From: Tubiluchus corallicola | Lineage: Eukaryota > Animalia > Priapulida | Assembly: GCA_030141605.1 (NCBI GenBank) | Contig: JAQGDQ010001054.1 | Span: 3,347-67,346 of the forward strand | Length of the DNA stretch: 64,000 nucleotides | Direction: 5' to 3' | Shown: positions 40,580 through 53,290 of the stretch, piece after piece | Numbering within the stretch: position 1 is the stretch's first letter | Layout of the letters: the number at the start of each line of letters is the position of its first letter | The notes under the pieces: model-generated | Databases searched by the model: none | What the model was told of the DNA's origin: nothing | What the model saw: only the letters and a program-made list of their open reading frames with translations | Program-made: the position numbers and the translations under genes

Positions 40580-41228
40580 TTGTGTTTAAAATTAATTGTT
40601 ATTCGTTTTAGTCTGGTTGCCTTTACTAATTTGCTTAGCACGGTGTTACTGCGCGGTGTCTAACCATCTGTCCAAGGTTTGTTACGCTGCATGCTGTCCA
40701 AGCACTGTCCAATCCAATCCAAGCCGAAAGTGACATGCGAACACTAAATTGTGTTTAAAATTAATTGTTATTCGTTTTAGTCTGGCTGCCCTTACTAATT
40801 TGCTTAGCACGGTGTTACTGCAGTCTGTCTAACTGTCTGTGCAATGTTTGTTCCGCTGCATGCTGTCCAAACCAATTCAAGCCGAGAGTGACATGCGAAC
40901 ACTAAATTGTGTTTAAAATTATTTGTTATTCGTTTTAGTCTGGTTGCCTTTACTAATTTGCTTAGCACGGTGTTACTGCAGTCTGTCTAACTGTCTGTCC
41001 AATGTTTGTTCCGCTGCATGCTGTCCAAGCACTGTCCAAACCAATCCAAATCGAGAGTGACAAGCGAACAGTAAACTGTGTTTAAAATTAATTATTATTC
41101 CTTTTAGTCTGGTTACCTTTACTAATTTGCTTAGCATTGTGTTACTGCAGTGTGTCTAACAGTCTGTCCAAGGTTTGTTACACTGCATGCTGTCCAAGCA
41201 CTTTCCAAACCAATCCAAGCCGAGAGTG
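40580..41228. repeat. ~160-170-bp tandem repeat x4
   Basis: tgtgtttaaaatta...tactaatttgcttagca...gcatgctgtccaa at about 40580, 40749, 40907 and 41076. Confidence 0.93.
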
Positions 41229-41355
41229 CTGTTGACAAGCCACTGGTACAGCAAAGTTTAGTTTATTCCTGGATTAACTGCTGTGTTTACCTGTGTTGAG
41301 ACGGATTACTTTAGTTTAGAATTTCTTCCTGTCCCGTGTCTACAACAGATGTAAT

Positions 41356-41437
41356 ATGCATATGATAATGATGATGATTATGATGATGTTACTGATAATT
41401 ATGACGAAGGTAATGATGAAGGTGATGGTGATGATGT

Positions 41438-41470
<33 letters not shown>

Positions 41471-41668
41471 TGATGATGATGACGACTAAGATGACGATGA
41501 TGATGATGATGATAATGTTACTGATAATGATGACGAAGATAGTGGAGAAGATGATGGTGATGATGTTGACGACGAAGATGATGACGACGATGATGGTGAT
41601 GATGTTGACGACGACGATGATGATTATGATGATGTTACTGATAATGATGACGAAGATAACGATGATTG
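41356..41668. repeat. (GAT/GAC)n degenerate microsatellite
   Basis: Directly visible. Confidence 0.93.
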
Positions 41669-42226
41669 AGTTGGCTTTCCTTTAAATCGGCACCGGTAGA
41701 CTTATTCCGAAAGCTGTAACATCTGTGCATGTCGGCCATGCTTGTTTGTTCATGATTGTCTAACAATTCTAATTTATCAAACTGTCATGAACTAATCACA
41801 CGAACATTGCATAAGCTTCACATAATTGTCATTGCTGTTGCGCATGCGCAGAACTTTACTGCCAAATCTCATTAGACAGGCTACCCACCTGATGCGCAGT
41901 ATAACTCATGACAATTAACCCACCATAATTTATTTGATGGTGGAGCTATGCAGGACAGGTCGGTGTGCGTGATCGTAGAAGTGAAATGAAGCCTGTCTGG
42001 ACAGGTAGGTGTGGTGAAGCCCGTCTGTGAGTCAGTGGGAGGTGGACAGTGAGAATTTTCACAGTAGTTGCCTACAGGAAAGTGGACAGTGATGTAATTA
42101 GTTCGTGGTAGTTATGATAAATTACATATATGCAAGGGGATTTGAAGCTTAGAGAAGCGAACATATTAGGAAGGTAGGTACTGCTTTTGCATGTTGTTTG
42201 TAGAGATGAATTCCAAGAAAGACTAA

Positions 42227-42719
42227 AGGTGTATTCAGACTACAGAGTTTTCTCTGAGTGTGAGAGTAAACTCGCAAGGTTGAACTGCTATGCGAGTTCT
42301 TTCTGAGAGTGAACTCGCAAAGGTGAACTGCTATGCGAGTTCTTTCTGAGAGTAACTCGCAAGGTTGAACTGCTGTGCGAGTTCTCTCTGAGAGTAAACT
42401 CGCAAGGTGGGACTGCTATACGAGTTCTCTCTGAGAGTAAACACGCAAGGGTGAACTGCCATGCGAGTTGTCTGTGAGTAAACACGCAAGGTTGAACTGC
42501 TATGCGGGTTCTCTCTGAGAGTAAACTCGCAAGGTTGAACTGCTATGCGAGTTCTCTCTGAGAGTAAACTCGGAAGTGTGAACTGCTTTGCCAGCTCTTC
42601 CGTCCAAGTTCGCGAGTTGGGGAGAATTCTCTTGCGAGTTACTTGCAGACATACTCTATTCTTTGCGAGAACTCTTACAGAGAACTCTGCAAAGAAAACT
42701 CTCTAGTGTGAACGCGCCA
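42227..42719. mobile_element. PIF/Harbinger-like MITE with internal ~43-bp tandem array
   Basis: TAA on both sides; imperfect TIRs ggtgtattcagactacagagttttct / agaaaactctctagtgtgaacgcgcc; unit gagagtaaactcgcaaggttgaactgctatgcgagttctctct about x7. Confidence 0.72.
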
Positions 42720-42981
42720 TAACAAACCTGTACCTAACAAATACTTTCAATGTAAATAACTTTTATATCCTATTCTGAGTTTTTCTTTCCGGTAGTCCTT
42801 TAGTAAGCTATGAACTAAAAATCATCGCATTTCTTCCGGTACAGTTATGCATTGGTTCTGCTAACAATTTTAATTATTTTAATTAACACTTGAAAGAGTT
42901 GTGTATATTTGGTGATGCACTTATCTTTTCCTGCCAAACTGCACTCCTACAAAGCTTACAGGCAGGACTGGGTTATCATAT

Positions 42982-43359
42982 TGTAACGGAACCGGGATCC
43001 AGCGCGGATCCGTCTCAGGATGTATAGGGCGACACACAAGTTATGAAATATCACAGCAAACGAGAAAAGTTGAAAGATCCAGAAGACGAGCATAAAATAA
43101 ACTTTATTGCATAACTAGTAGCTTCAAAAGAATTACATGAGAACAGACTTTTGTTTAAAAGTTAGCAAGCCTAGAGCATTCATCTTTACAGACAGAAAGT
43201 CCAAGTTGAAATCGTCAAATTACTGCATGCATTCTGTTTTATACAGGTAGATTTTCATTACTGGAGTTACCTATACCTATTAGGACTGGATCCTTACTGG
43301 GCTTCTCAACCATACCCATTATTAACATTAGGGGGTGGTCAAAATCTGCCTTTGTAACA
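42982..43359 (-). mobile_element. Probable solo LTR; its right part plus flank is duplicated in tandem (about 43145-43400 and 43412-43668)
   Basis: TGTAACG...GTAACA termini; minus-strand TATAAAA (about 43240) upstream of AATAAA (about 43105); 267-bp duplication period. TSD is imperfect (atat/acat). Confidence 0.55.
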
Positions 43360-44644
43360 ACATAAACTAGAGTAGGCTCCAGCCTAGGGCCCCTCGACCT
43401 TACATGTGAATAGACTTTTGTATAAAAATTAGCAAGCCTAGAGCATTCACCTGTACAGACAGAAAGGCCAGATTGGAGTCGTCAAATTACGGCATGCATT
43501 CTGTTTTATACAGGTAGATTTTCATTACTGGACTTACCTATACCTATTAGGACTGGATCCTTACTGGGCTTCTCAACCATACCCATTACTAACATTAGTG
43601 GGTGGTCAAAATCTGCCTTCGTAACAACATAAACTAGAGTAGGCTCCAGGTTAGGGCCCTTCGAGCTTGGTTAATGTTTGTTAAAAAGTCTAGTCTATGT
43701 GCTAATTTTGTTTGCATTGAATAGCAAAATGGTGACGATTCCTAATGATTAATTTATTGTCAAGCGAAAGATAGTTATTCTAGTTTATTTAATGACTTTG
43801 CAATTAGTTTACTTCAAGCTACGTAGGCGTCGTTAAGATATGTCACGAGTAAGGAATATTCAAGACGGATGATGTTAAGGATTTTTGTTTGTTAAATAAC
43901 CGAAATAGTTTGTTCCTACAATATAACTAATAATAGTTAATTGTGCGTTTTGATAAGATTAAGTTAACTGTAAGGTGTGAGTTACACCTGTTCTTACTTG
44001 TAAAGTGGTGACATCTGGCTTCAATATTAGTGTCCTAGTTTTAAATACCTGTAATTCAAGTTTCAACGTGTTCAAAGCAGTGATGACGTGTTTTCTGTGT
44101 AACTCACGATTTGATGCCAAAGATGTATGTAGATTTTGTTGAATTTTATTTAGTTATATACTGAAAGTCTCGGATTAATTTCACTTAATGGTAATTGACA
44201 TTTTGATAAGAAATCGATTAGTTTATTAAAAGAATTTGCATTTCATTCCAGATAAAATGTATCATTTGGGAAATGGCGTCTCAATGCATGTCAAATAAGA
44301 AGTAAAATGACGAAAGGGCATGCGCTGTGATGATGGTGCACAAACAATAAAATATTATACTAAGCAGTACTTGATAACTTTGTTTGTTTGTCACCATAAG
44401 ACCCAAACAGATAAGTTAACACGTGGCTCCATCTAGGAGGGATGGGACTCATAATTTCTTTGCCTGCCCGCAAAAAGATTATAACTGCGGTCCTGCTGAC
44501 GACAGCTCTCGATGCCTAAGTAGCCTCAGCGTTGCAATTTCAACTTTTCCATCTTATAAATTATTCGAAAACTTTTTTGGTAGTGGAAACATCTACGTAT
44601 AAATGGCAAAATATGTGACTTGAAAGAAATACGAGACGTTTTCA

Positions 44645-44722
44645 TAGCCGGGTGGTCACATGGTGGTACCTGAACCGAAGTTAGATAACACCGAGCCTGG
44701 TTATGTAAATGGATGGATGACC
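44645..44722 (+). mobile_element. Degraded SINE head: tRNA A-box-like motif followed by a 5S internal-control-region fragment
   Basis: tagccgggtggt, then accgaagttagataacaccgagcctggttatgtaaatggatggatgacc, which aligns to the 5S A-box/IE/C-box region. Confidence 0.5.
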
Positions 44723-44740
44723 AATGTGAGAGATGTCTTG

Positions 44741-44983
<243 letters not shown>

Positions 44984-45712
44984 TTATTTGGAAGTGTAAA
45001 TACAAATACATTATACAGGAAAGACTGGGGAAAAATATATATTAATAAAAATGCTAATATGACAGCATGCATATAATAAATGGCAAGAACCAGAAGTAAA
45101 ACTTGTTAGGTGCTTGCACCATTGTAAACACTTCCAACTAATGAGAAAAAAGAACAAAAAACTGAAGGTTTTTAGGCAATTAAAAAAAAAGTTGTGCAAA
45201 GTAAGGATAGAAGTGATGGATAAAAGAATGTTCAAAAGGGTAGGAAGAGTGGCTTGTGGAGATTCGACTCATGAGATGACGAAGCACTCTGGATTCTACT
45301 AAAAAAGAACACAAAGTTGTGACTGTTGTGTCACACAGGAACAGTAGGTGGTTATCAAGACTAGTTTATATAAGAAGGAATATAATGAGTTAGATCACGA
45401 TTTCGCTACAGTCGCCGAACTTATTCCATTTCGAATAAAATAGACCAAAAGAGGCCCAGAACTTCGCCTGTGTGATTCATCGTCGAGGATAGACCTTTAT
45501 TTTCTTGCAATAAATCTGTAATCGCATGAAAGAACACGAAAATAGGATTCCATGTATATATGTAGTTTGACTAAAACAAGGTACATGTATACACGAGGAA
45601 CGAGGTAAATACCACAATTGATACATTAGTGATTTTAGTCCAAATGTCACTTTACGTACATTTCCTACTCAAGGTTATAGCATTAAAAACTGTGTTATGC
45701 ATACAAGGTACA

Positions 45713-46103
45713 TCAGCATAAATGTTGCAAAATTTCACAACATATTATATAACAATTAGGGTGCTCAAAGAAGTGAGTTAAATCAGCAAAGTTTACATTG
45801 TCGTAGCGGTTCCTAATTATTGAAGTTAGGGGGCATGTCTGTATAACGTGTTTCTCAGTTTGAATGTCCCCACAAGGACATAACCTATTTTCCCTTGGCT
45901 GTCTCGCCCATCTACCCGTTTCTATCCGCAGCCTATGTGACTGAAGACGCATTCTTGTGAAGCTTATCCGATGATGCTCAAATATTGTCGATTCAAAACG
46001 AGGAGTTTCGAGACCAGGGTTCAATTCCAAGTAGGTTACACAACGTGTAGAATTGACCTGATTCCTTATGCGCTGTTGCAACAAAACTCTCTGCTGAGGT
46101 ATA
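45713..46103 (-). mobile_element. RTEX-like LINE ORF2 C-terminal remnant, interrupted by SINE copy 2
   Basis: RISFTRMRLQSHRLRIETGRWARQPRENRLCPCGDIQTEKHVIQTCP matches the C-terminal CCHC region typical of RTEX-type non-LTR elements. Confidence 0.8.
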
Positions 46104-46117
46104 TAGTCTGGCCATAT

Positions 46118-46674
46118 TGGTTCTTGTTGGCATCCTTCTGTCCCGGAAGACAATGGAGTGGGCGCCAAGAGAGTCATTTATTGATCACATTGATGGAACT
46201 GCAGCGTCGACGAGCAATCCGATCCTTGAACCACTGAAGTGGCCTCTTTAGGGCGCACGCCTGGGCACGGTATATGGAGATCCTGAGTTGCCCAGACAGC
46301 AGGAATCCCCTCTCTTCCTCCCTGGTGCAGTCCCAAAGGAAAGCGGAGCGATACGTTTGGCACCAGGTTGCCTGCAGGAGCTGCCGGAGTCAGTGAGCAT
46401 GCTGCACTGGTCCGCCTTCAGGGATCCACTCCTGATTTGGAAGGTTTACTCCTCTACACATGGCCATTGGGTCACTTGACCTCCTCCGCCCTCTAGCCGT
46501 TGCCTGCTTGTGCAGCTCATCCGTCTAGTGTCGAGATACAGAGTGGGCATCCCACAAGCCTACAGCACCTGGCATTTCTAGGCGGTCACCCATCCAAGTA
46601 CTAACCAAGCTCAACGTTGCTTAACTTCGGCGATCAGTGTGGACCGCTGTTTTCAACGTGATATGGCCGTAGTC
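46118..46674 (-). mobile_element. 5S rRNA-derived SINE (SINE3) with bipartite RTE-derived body, copy 2 (complete tail)
   Basis: 5S-like head 46674-46556; body collinear with copy 1; RTE-type 3' end ccattgtcttccgggacagaaggatgccaacaa; flanking direct repeat tagtctggcca (46104-46114 and 46670-46680). Confidence 0.88.
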
Positions 46675-46889
46675 TGGCCACATACCTTCACATTTTCGCT
46701 AAACGTGACAAGTAAACATGTTCAACATGGCGCCATTTGGTGACATAATGTCATTAGCTTAGAGGCGCAAAAGATCATAATCCTTGAGGATATCCGATCA
46801 GCATTTGTTTGTTATTAGCCAAAGTCAATTCAGATAAATAAATATAGATAGACAAATAAATAAATAGATTAATAATCTACAAAAATGGC

Positions 46890-47162
46890 AACAGCAACGT
46901 CAACATGATCATCAGCTATGACAATGACAAGAACAACATCAGAAGCAACAAGGGCAACAACAATACCACATGCTACAAGACCAGCAGCAGTAACAACAAT
47001 AATGACAACTACAACAAAAACCACCACGATCACAGTATCAGCAACAACAGCAGCAGCAACAACAACAACAACAAAGTAGTCACAGCAGCAGTAACAACAA
47101 CAACAACAATGATAACTACAACAACAATAACCAAAAATACATATATAGATAGATAGATAGAT
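46890..47162. repeat. Degenerate (AAC/AGC)n microsatellite plus short (GATA)n
   Basis: Directly visible. Confidence 0.85.
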
Positions 47163-47509
47163 ACATTTACAAAGAAAGATACTTACTGCTAATTCCTTTG
47201 TTTACAGGCACTTTATAGAAAGTACCGTGCCGAAAACCGTTTAGTTTTATTTTCTGAGATTGAAGCCCAATTTAAGGAGTGCCGGGCATTTTTGAGGAAG
47301 AGTCGACATACCAATTGTTTTAGTCAATTTTCGAAAATCTAGTTTGGCAAGCTCAGCTTCGTTACTTAGCAGTCCAGAAGTACAAAAGTAAAATAAAATA
47401 AAATGGCCGCATTGAGAATTTGAATTAAAGAATGTAAAACTAATTTGTTTGAATGCTGAATTCAAACATTTTGCTTTCTGGGCCACACTTTGTTTTTCTG
47501 GCTAGTAAT

Positions 47510-47815
47510 TAAAAAACCAAAATGGCCGCAATAAAAAAAAACTATTTAGAATTTTTTTGAAAAATTAACTTAAAATAACCCATAGGCAGCTTTTGATATG
47601 CAGAATTAAAATATTTTTCCTCAATAAAATATTCGTTTTACCAATTTGTTTTCTGATTTCTTTTGTTTTTTAGCCTTTGTTAACACAAAAAAGTGTGGTC
47701 TTATAAGGACAAAATATTGAAGTTTGCATCTCAAAAGCTGCCTTTACATTATCTTATATTATTTTCTCAAAACATTTAAAAACACAATTTTTTGATGGCG
47801 GCCATTTTGTTTTTC
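47510..47815. mobile_element. Palindromic (foldback) MITE-like element just upstream of the GPCR exon
   Basis: Inverted arms caaaatggccgc / gcggccattttg and aggcagcttttgatatgca / tgcatctcaaaagctgcct. Confidence 0.6.
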
Positions 47816-47903
47816 TTTGAATGTCTCTTTTTTTCCAGGTATTTGTATTTGTATTTTTTTCTTTTCAGAAACCTCTAAACTTCAGTAGAGGAATCATTTC
47901 GCA

Positions 47904-49382
47904 ATGTTGAGCTTGTTTTGCAAGACGTCGCAATTGGCCATCATGTTGGCCATTTTGCTCAACAATCTGGAAATTAAAGCCACATACGAAACTCCAGATT
48001 GGGAAACTTCGAAGACGAAAACCAAGAAGAATTCAAGTGCTCTAGACAATGCTCTCGTTGAAGTGAAATACGTTATCTTCGATCATTCCAATAGAAGTGA
48101 TAGTGGCGCCATTGCAGAGAATAACGCAACCTCAAATGCTAATGATGAAAGTGACGATATCCTGGAGAATGCTACAGAGTTTGTTGATGTCAGTGAAATG
48201 GTGATATCAGGCAACAGCTCCGCTAAAGAACTGTACCAGGTTTACGTGTTTCCTGCCCTTGCAGGCATGTCCATATTAGGAAATATGTTCAACGTCTTCG
48301 TGTTCACATCTCGAAGAATGCCAGCGTCGGCCTTCAACACGCTTCTGCTGGGTCTTGCAGTCACAGAAGGTCTGCAAGGTTTGTTCTTTCTGGTAGCTTT
48401 TGTTCTGGATTCGTTGTGTGACGCCTGTCCGAAAGATTTACTGTACGTCATTTCGAAGTTCGGCGATTTGCTCTTCTACACCTCCAACTGGGTGACCGTC
48501 TGCATTTCCGTGTTTCGTCTTCTGGCAGTGGCTCGACCTTTGTCGTACAAACATGTTTGCACCGAGAGGAGGGCGTCGAATTGCATAATCGCCTGCTTCA
48601 TCGCCAATGCCATCAAAGAGATTCCTTATTGGATTAATCACTTTGTGGTGAAATTCTATGACGATCTGAAGATCATTGAACCGATTAATCAAACCGTCGG
48701 ACGCATTGTTCCGTGTCTTATTGTCACTTTCAGCACAATGGCGTCCATATTTTTCGTCAAGCGAATGTCCGCGGTCACCAATCGATTAGCTCCTCGCAAG
48801 CAAAGGAAGCAAGAAGAAGAAAAGCATATCATACGTATGTTGCTGGTCCTGTTGGTCCTGTTCGTCTTGACCAACACCTATTGCGTTCTGTTGCTCCTTC
48901 TCCGGATATACGGAGTCACGTGGATCAAGCCGCTCCTCTTTTCCTCCCCAATTGCATTTGGTTTCAACAGTTCTATGAACGTATTTCTTTATTTCCTCAT
49001 GTCTCCTGCATACAGGAAGGCCATATTTAAATGTGGACAGGATGGTTCCTCATATTTCAACAGCAGCGTAGGGTCTGGGTCTCAACGACGGAATTCTCCC
49101 ACCAGAACGCAACAGAGCAGGAAGAGAAGTGACTCGTCGGATATGAATCCACCCTCCCAGATTGCATATGACCCTAGATATGGACTTTACAGAAAACGCG
49201 GGGAGAATGAATTTGTTTATGATAATTTTGCGTTTGACCATCGGGTCACACAAAATGGCGGCGTGACGACAGTGGAAAGCACCTCTAGTTGTGAACAACG
49301 CAGCTCTATCTATTGTGATGTGTCTGGCGTTTATTTGGGATACCAGCAAACCGACGAACCGAAAGAAGTCACAAATTTTTAA
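47904..49382 (+). CDS. Class A GPCR, FMRFamide/sex-peptide-receptor-like orphan group
   Basis: 492-aa single-exon ORF with seven hydrophobic segments. Motifs SILGNMFNVFVF, FNTLLLGLAVTE, SNWVTVCISVFRLLAVARPL..CTERRA, NSSMNVFLY; N-terminal hydrophobic leader and several N-x-S/T sites; acceptor ttttcag at 47868. Confidence 0.93.
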   Translation: MLSLFCKTSQLAIMLAILLNNLEIKATYETPDWETSKTKTKKNSSALDNALVEVKYVIFDHSNRSDSGAIAENNATSNANDESDDILENATEFVDVSEMVISGNSSAKELYQVYVFPALAGMSILGNMFNVFVFTSRRMPASAFNTLLLGLAVTEGLQGLFFLVAFVLDSLCDACPKDLLYVISKFGDLLFYTSNWVTVCISVFRLLAVARPLSYKHVCTERRASNCIIACFIANAIKEIPYWINHFVVKFYDDLKIIEPINQTVGRIVPCLIVTFSTMASIFFVKRMSAVTNRLAPRKQRKQEEEKHIIRMLLVLLVLFVLTNTYCVLLLLLRIYGVTWIKPLLFSSPIAFGFNSSMNVFLYFLMSPAYRKAIFKCGQDGSSYFNSSVGSGSQRRNSPTRTQQSRKRSDSSDMNPPSQIAYDPRYGLYRKRGENEFVYDNFAFDHRVTQNGGVTTVESTSSCEQRSSIYCDVSGVYLGYQQTDEPKEVTNF

Positions 49383-49454
49383 TTAATAGAAACGGAAATA
49401 TGGCGATGGCCCTGTTTGCCATTTCTATATTACCTCTTTTTTGACTTTCAAAAA

Positions 49455-49750
49455 GTGGTAGCTTGTGTATAGGTACTGTGGTGCTGCAGCACCCCCTGAT
49501 TTCACTCATTATTATCGATAATATTCAGTGTAATAAGTCTTTTTTCTTTAGCTCTTTCTTTATACTTGTACTTCACCAGAGCACATGAAGGTAGTACTGT
49601 TTGCTTCACAGCCCAGCACAGTGGTGTGTATGGCTGTTGTGCGCATGCGGACATGCGCACATGTCTGAGATAACATGCTGTACGCTCCACTACTAGCATC
49701 TGCTGCTAGGTAGAGAAAGTGCTATCGCTCACACAACTTGTTGTCAGTTG
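49455..49750 (+). mobile_element. 3'-truncated copy of the CAGTGGCGG hAT MITE
   Basis: Collinear with 7591-7875; breaks off directly into the 40-bp satellite. Confidence 0.85.
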
Positions 49751-51820
49751 TGCCGTTTTCAAGTTCACAACATAGTGCCGAAAACCACTGTGTCGTTTTC
49801 AAGTTCACGACATAGTGCCGAAAACCACTGTGCCGTTTTCAAGTACACGACATAGTGCCGAAAATCACTGTGCCGTTTTCAAGTTTACGACATAGTGCGA
49901 AAAACCACTGTGCCATTTTCAAGTACACGACATAGTGCCGAAAACCACTGTGCCGTTTTCAAGTACACGACATAGTGCCGAAAACCACTGTGCCATTTTC
50001 AAGTTCACGACATAGTGCCGAAAACCACTGTGCCGTTTTCAAGTACACGACATAGTGCCGAAAACCACTGTGCCATTTTCAAGTTCACAACATAGTACTG
50101 AAAACCACTGTGCCGTTTTCAAGTACACGACATAGTGCCGAAAACCACTGTGCCGTTTTCAAGTTTACGACATAGTGCCAAAAACCACTGTGCCGTTTTC
50201 AAGTACACGACATAGTACCGAAAACCACAGTGCCGTTTTCAAGTTTAAGACATAGTACCGAAAACCACAGTGCCGTTTTCAAGTACACGACATAGTACCG
50301 AAAACCACAGTGCCGTTTTCAAGTTCACAACATAGTACCGAAAACCACTGTGCCGTTTTCAAGTTTACGACATAGTACCGAAAACCACAGTGCCGTTTTC
50401 AAGTTTACGACACAGTACCGAAAACCACAGTGCCGTTTTCAAGTTTACGACACAGTACCGAAAACCACAGTGCCGTTTTCAAGTTTACGAGATAGTACCG
50501 AAAACCACATTGCCGTTTTCAAGTTCACAACATAGTACCGAAAACCACTGTGCCGTTTTCAAGTTTACGATATAGTACCGAAAACCACAGTGCCGTTTTC
50601 AAGTTTACGACACAGTACCGAAAACCACAGTGCCGTTTTCAAGTTTACGACACAGTACCGAAAACCACAGTGCCGTTTTCAAGTTTACGAGATAGTACCG
50701 AAAACCACTGTGCCGTTTTCAAGTACACGACATAGTGCCGAAAATCACTGTGCCGTTTTCAAGTTTACGACATAGTGCGAAAAACCACTGTGCCATTTTC
50801 AAGTACACGACATAGTGCCGAAAACCACTGTGCCGTTTTCAAGTACACGACATAGTGCCGAAAACCACTGTGCCATTTTCAAGTTCACGACATAGTGCCG
50901 AAAACCACTGTGCCGTTTTCAAGTTTACGACATAGTGCGAAAAATCACTGTGCCATTTTCAAGTTCACGACATAGTGCCGAAAACCACTGTGCCGTTTTC
51001 AAGTACACGACATAGTGCCGAAAACCACTGTGCCATTTTCAAGTTCACAACATAGTACTGAAAACCACTGTGCCGTTTTCAAGTACACGACATAGTGCCG
51101 AAAACCACTGTGCCGTTTTCAAGTTTACGACATAGTGCCGAAAACCACTGTGCCGTTTTCAAGTACACGACATAGTACCGAAAACCACAGTGCCGTTTTC
51201 AAGTTTAAGACATAGTACCGAAAACCACAGTGCCGTTTTCAAGTACACGACATAGTACCGAAAACCACAGTGCCGTTTTCAAGTTCACAACATAGTGCCG
51301 AAAACCACTGTGCCGTTTTCAAGTTTACGACATAGTACCGAAAACCACAGTGCCGTTTTCAAGTTCACGACACAGTACCGAAAACCACAGTGCCGTTTTC
51401 AAGTTTACGACACAGTACCGAAAACCACAGTGCCGTTTTCAAGTTTACGAGATAGTACCGAAAACCACATTGCCGTTTTCAAGTTCACAACATAGTACCG
51501 AAAACCACTGTGCCGTTTTCAAGTTTACGATATAGTACCGAAAACCACAGTGCCGTTTTCAAGTTTACGACACAGTACCGAAAACCACAGTGCCGTTTTC
51601 AAGTTTACGACACAGTACCGAAAACCACAGTGCCGTTTTCAAGTTTACGAGATAGTACCGAAAACCACATTGCCGTTTTCAAGTTTACGACATAGTGCCG
51701 AAAACCACAGTGCCGTTTTCAAGTTTACGACATAGTGCGAAAAACCACTGTGCCATTTTCAAGTTCACGACATAGTGCCGAAAACCACTGTGCCGTTTTC
51801 AAGTACACGACATAATGCCA
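49751..51820. repeat. 40-bp satellite, ~52 units, with a 960-bp (24-unit) higher-order duplication
   Basis: Unit tgccgttttcaagtttacgacatagtaccgaaaaccacag with no indels; diagnostic variants recur 960 bp apart. Confidence 0.97.
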
Positions 51821-52653
51821 TGCATACTTAGTCTGATCATACATTAATTCGGCCCTGTTTATCCACAATGAGTTTGACTGCTCATTATACCGTTACGCAA
51901 CAGATAATAATCATTGTAATTATTATCATCAAATGAATTAATAATGGGAGTTTATAGCTTCAATGCCGGAGCGAATGCTGTAGTAAATTTGTCATTACAG
52001 AAGCTGTCAAGAGCGCCAGCTTCCTAGCTACCTAGAATGTCATTAAATTCCCTGGGCAGATGCTAGAATAAAATATGACAAACTCATTCTAGTCAAAAAG
52101 AATTTTTAAGATTCTTTACAACAGGAACAATATATACTAACTTTAGTACACCACAAACACTTACAAAAGCAGGAGTTATTTCTACTTTAAGGAATATTTG
52201 ACATCAACAACATATATATATATATATATATTGTTTGCAGTACAATCCACATTCAACAGTTTTTTTTACAAAACTTACAAAACTGCATGAAACCACTTAT
52301 ATAGTTTTCAGATTTTTAGCATAATAAAACGAGATCAGTTTGTTAAATATACCACGATAACCAACAATTTTTTTATTTGTTTTTATTAAAAATTTACAGA
52401 TATTTCCAATAAACACTATCTGTCATTTCATGATCTTTATTGTGATTATAGGTTATTTATTTGTTTATTTGTTGGAAATATCTGCTAGTGTACGTAGAAA
52501 TGTTGGGTTTTTCTGATAATAATGTAATAAAATTTATTACATAATGAGTTGTTTATGAAATTTTAAAGCCAATACTTTTCGCGTTTAATTGAACAATACG
52601 TATTGTAACATCCCTGGCGAAAAATATCGATGACATTGATTCTTTTGTCAGTT

Positions 52654-53290
<637 letters not shown>

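Noticed and set aside
45713-46177. 154-aa ORF as a host gene
   Set aside because: Chimera of the SINE tail and an RTEX LINE C-terminus.
49751-51820. CRISPR-like array
   Set aside because: The 40-bp units are contiguous with no unique spacers, there are no cas genes, and the context is eukaryotic.
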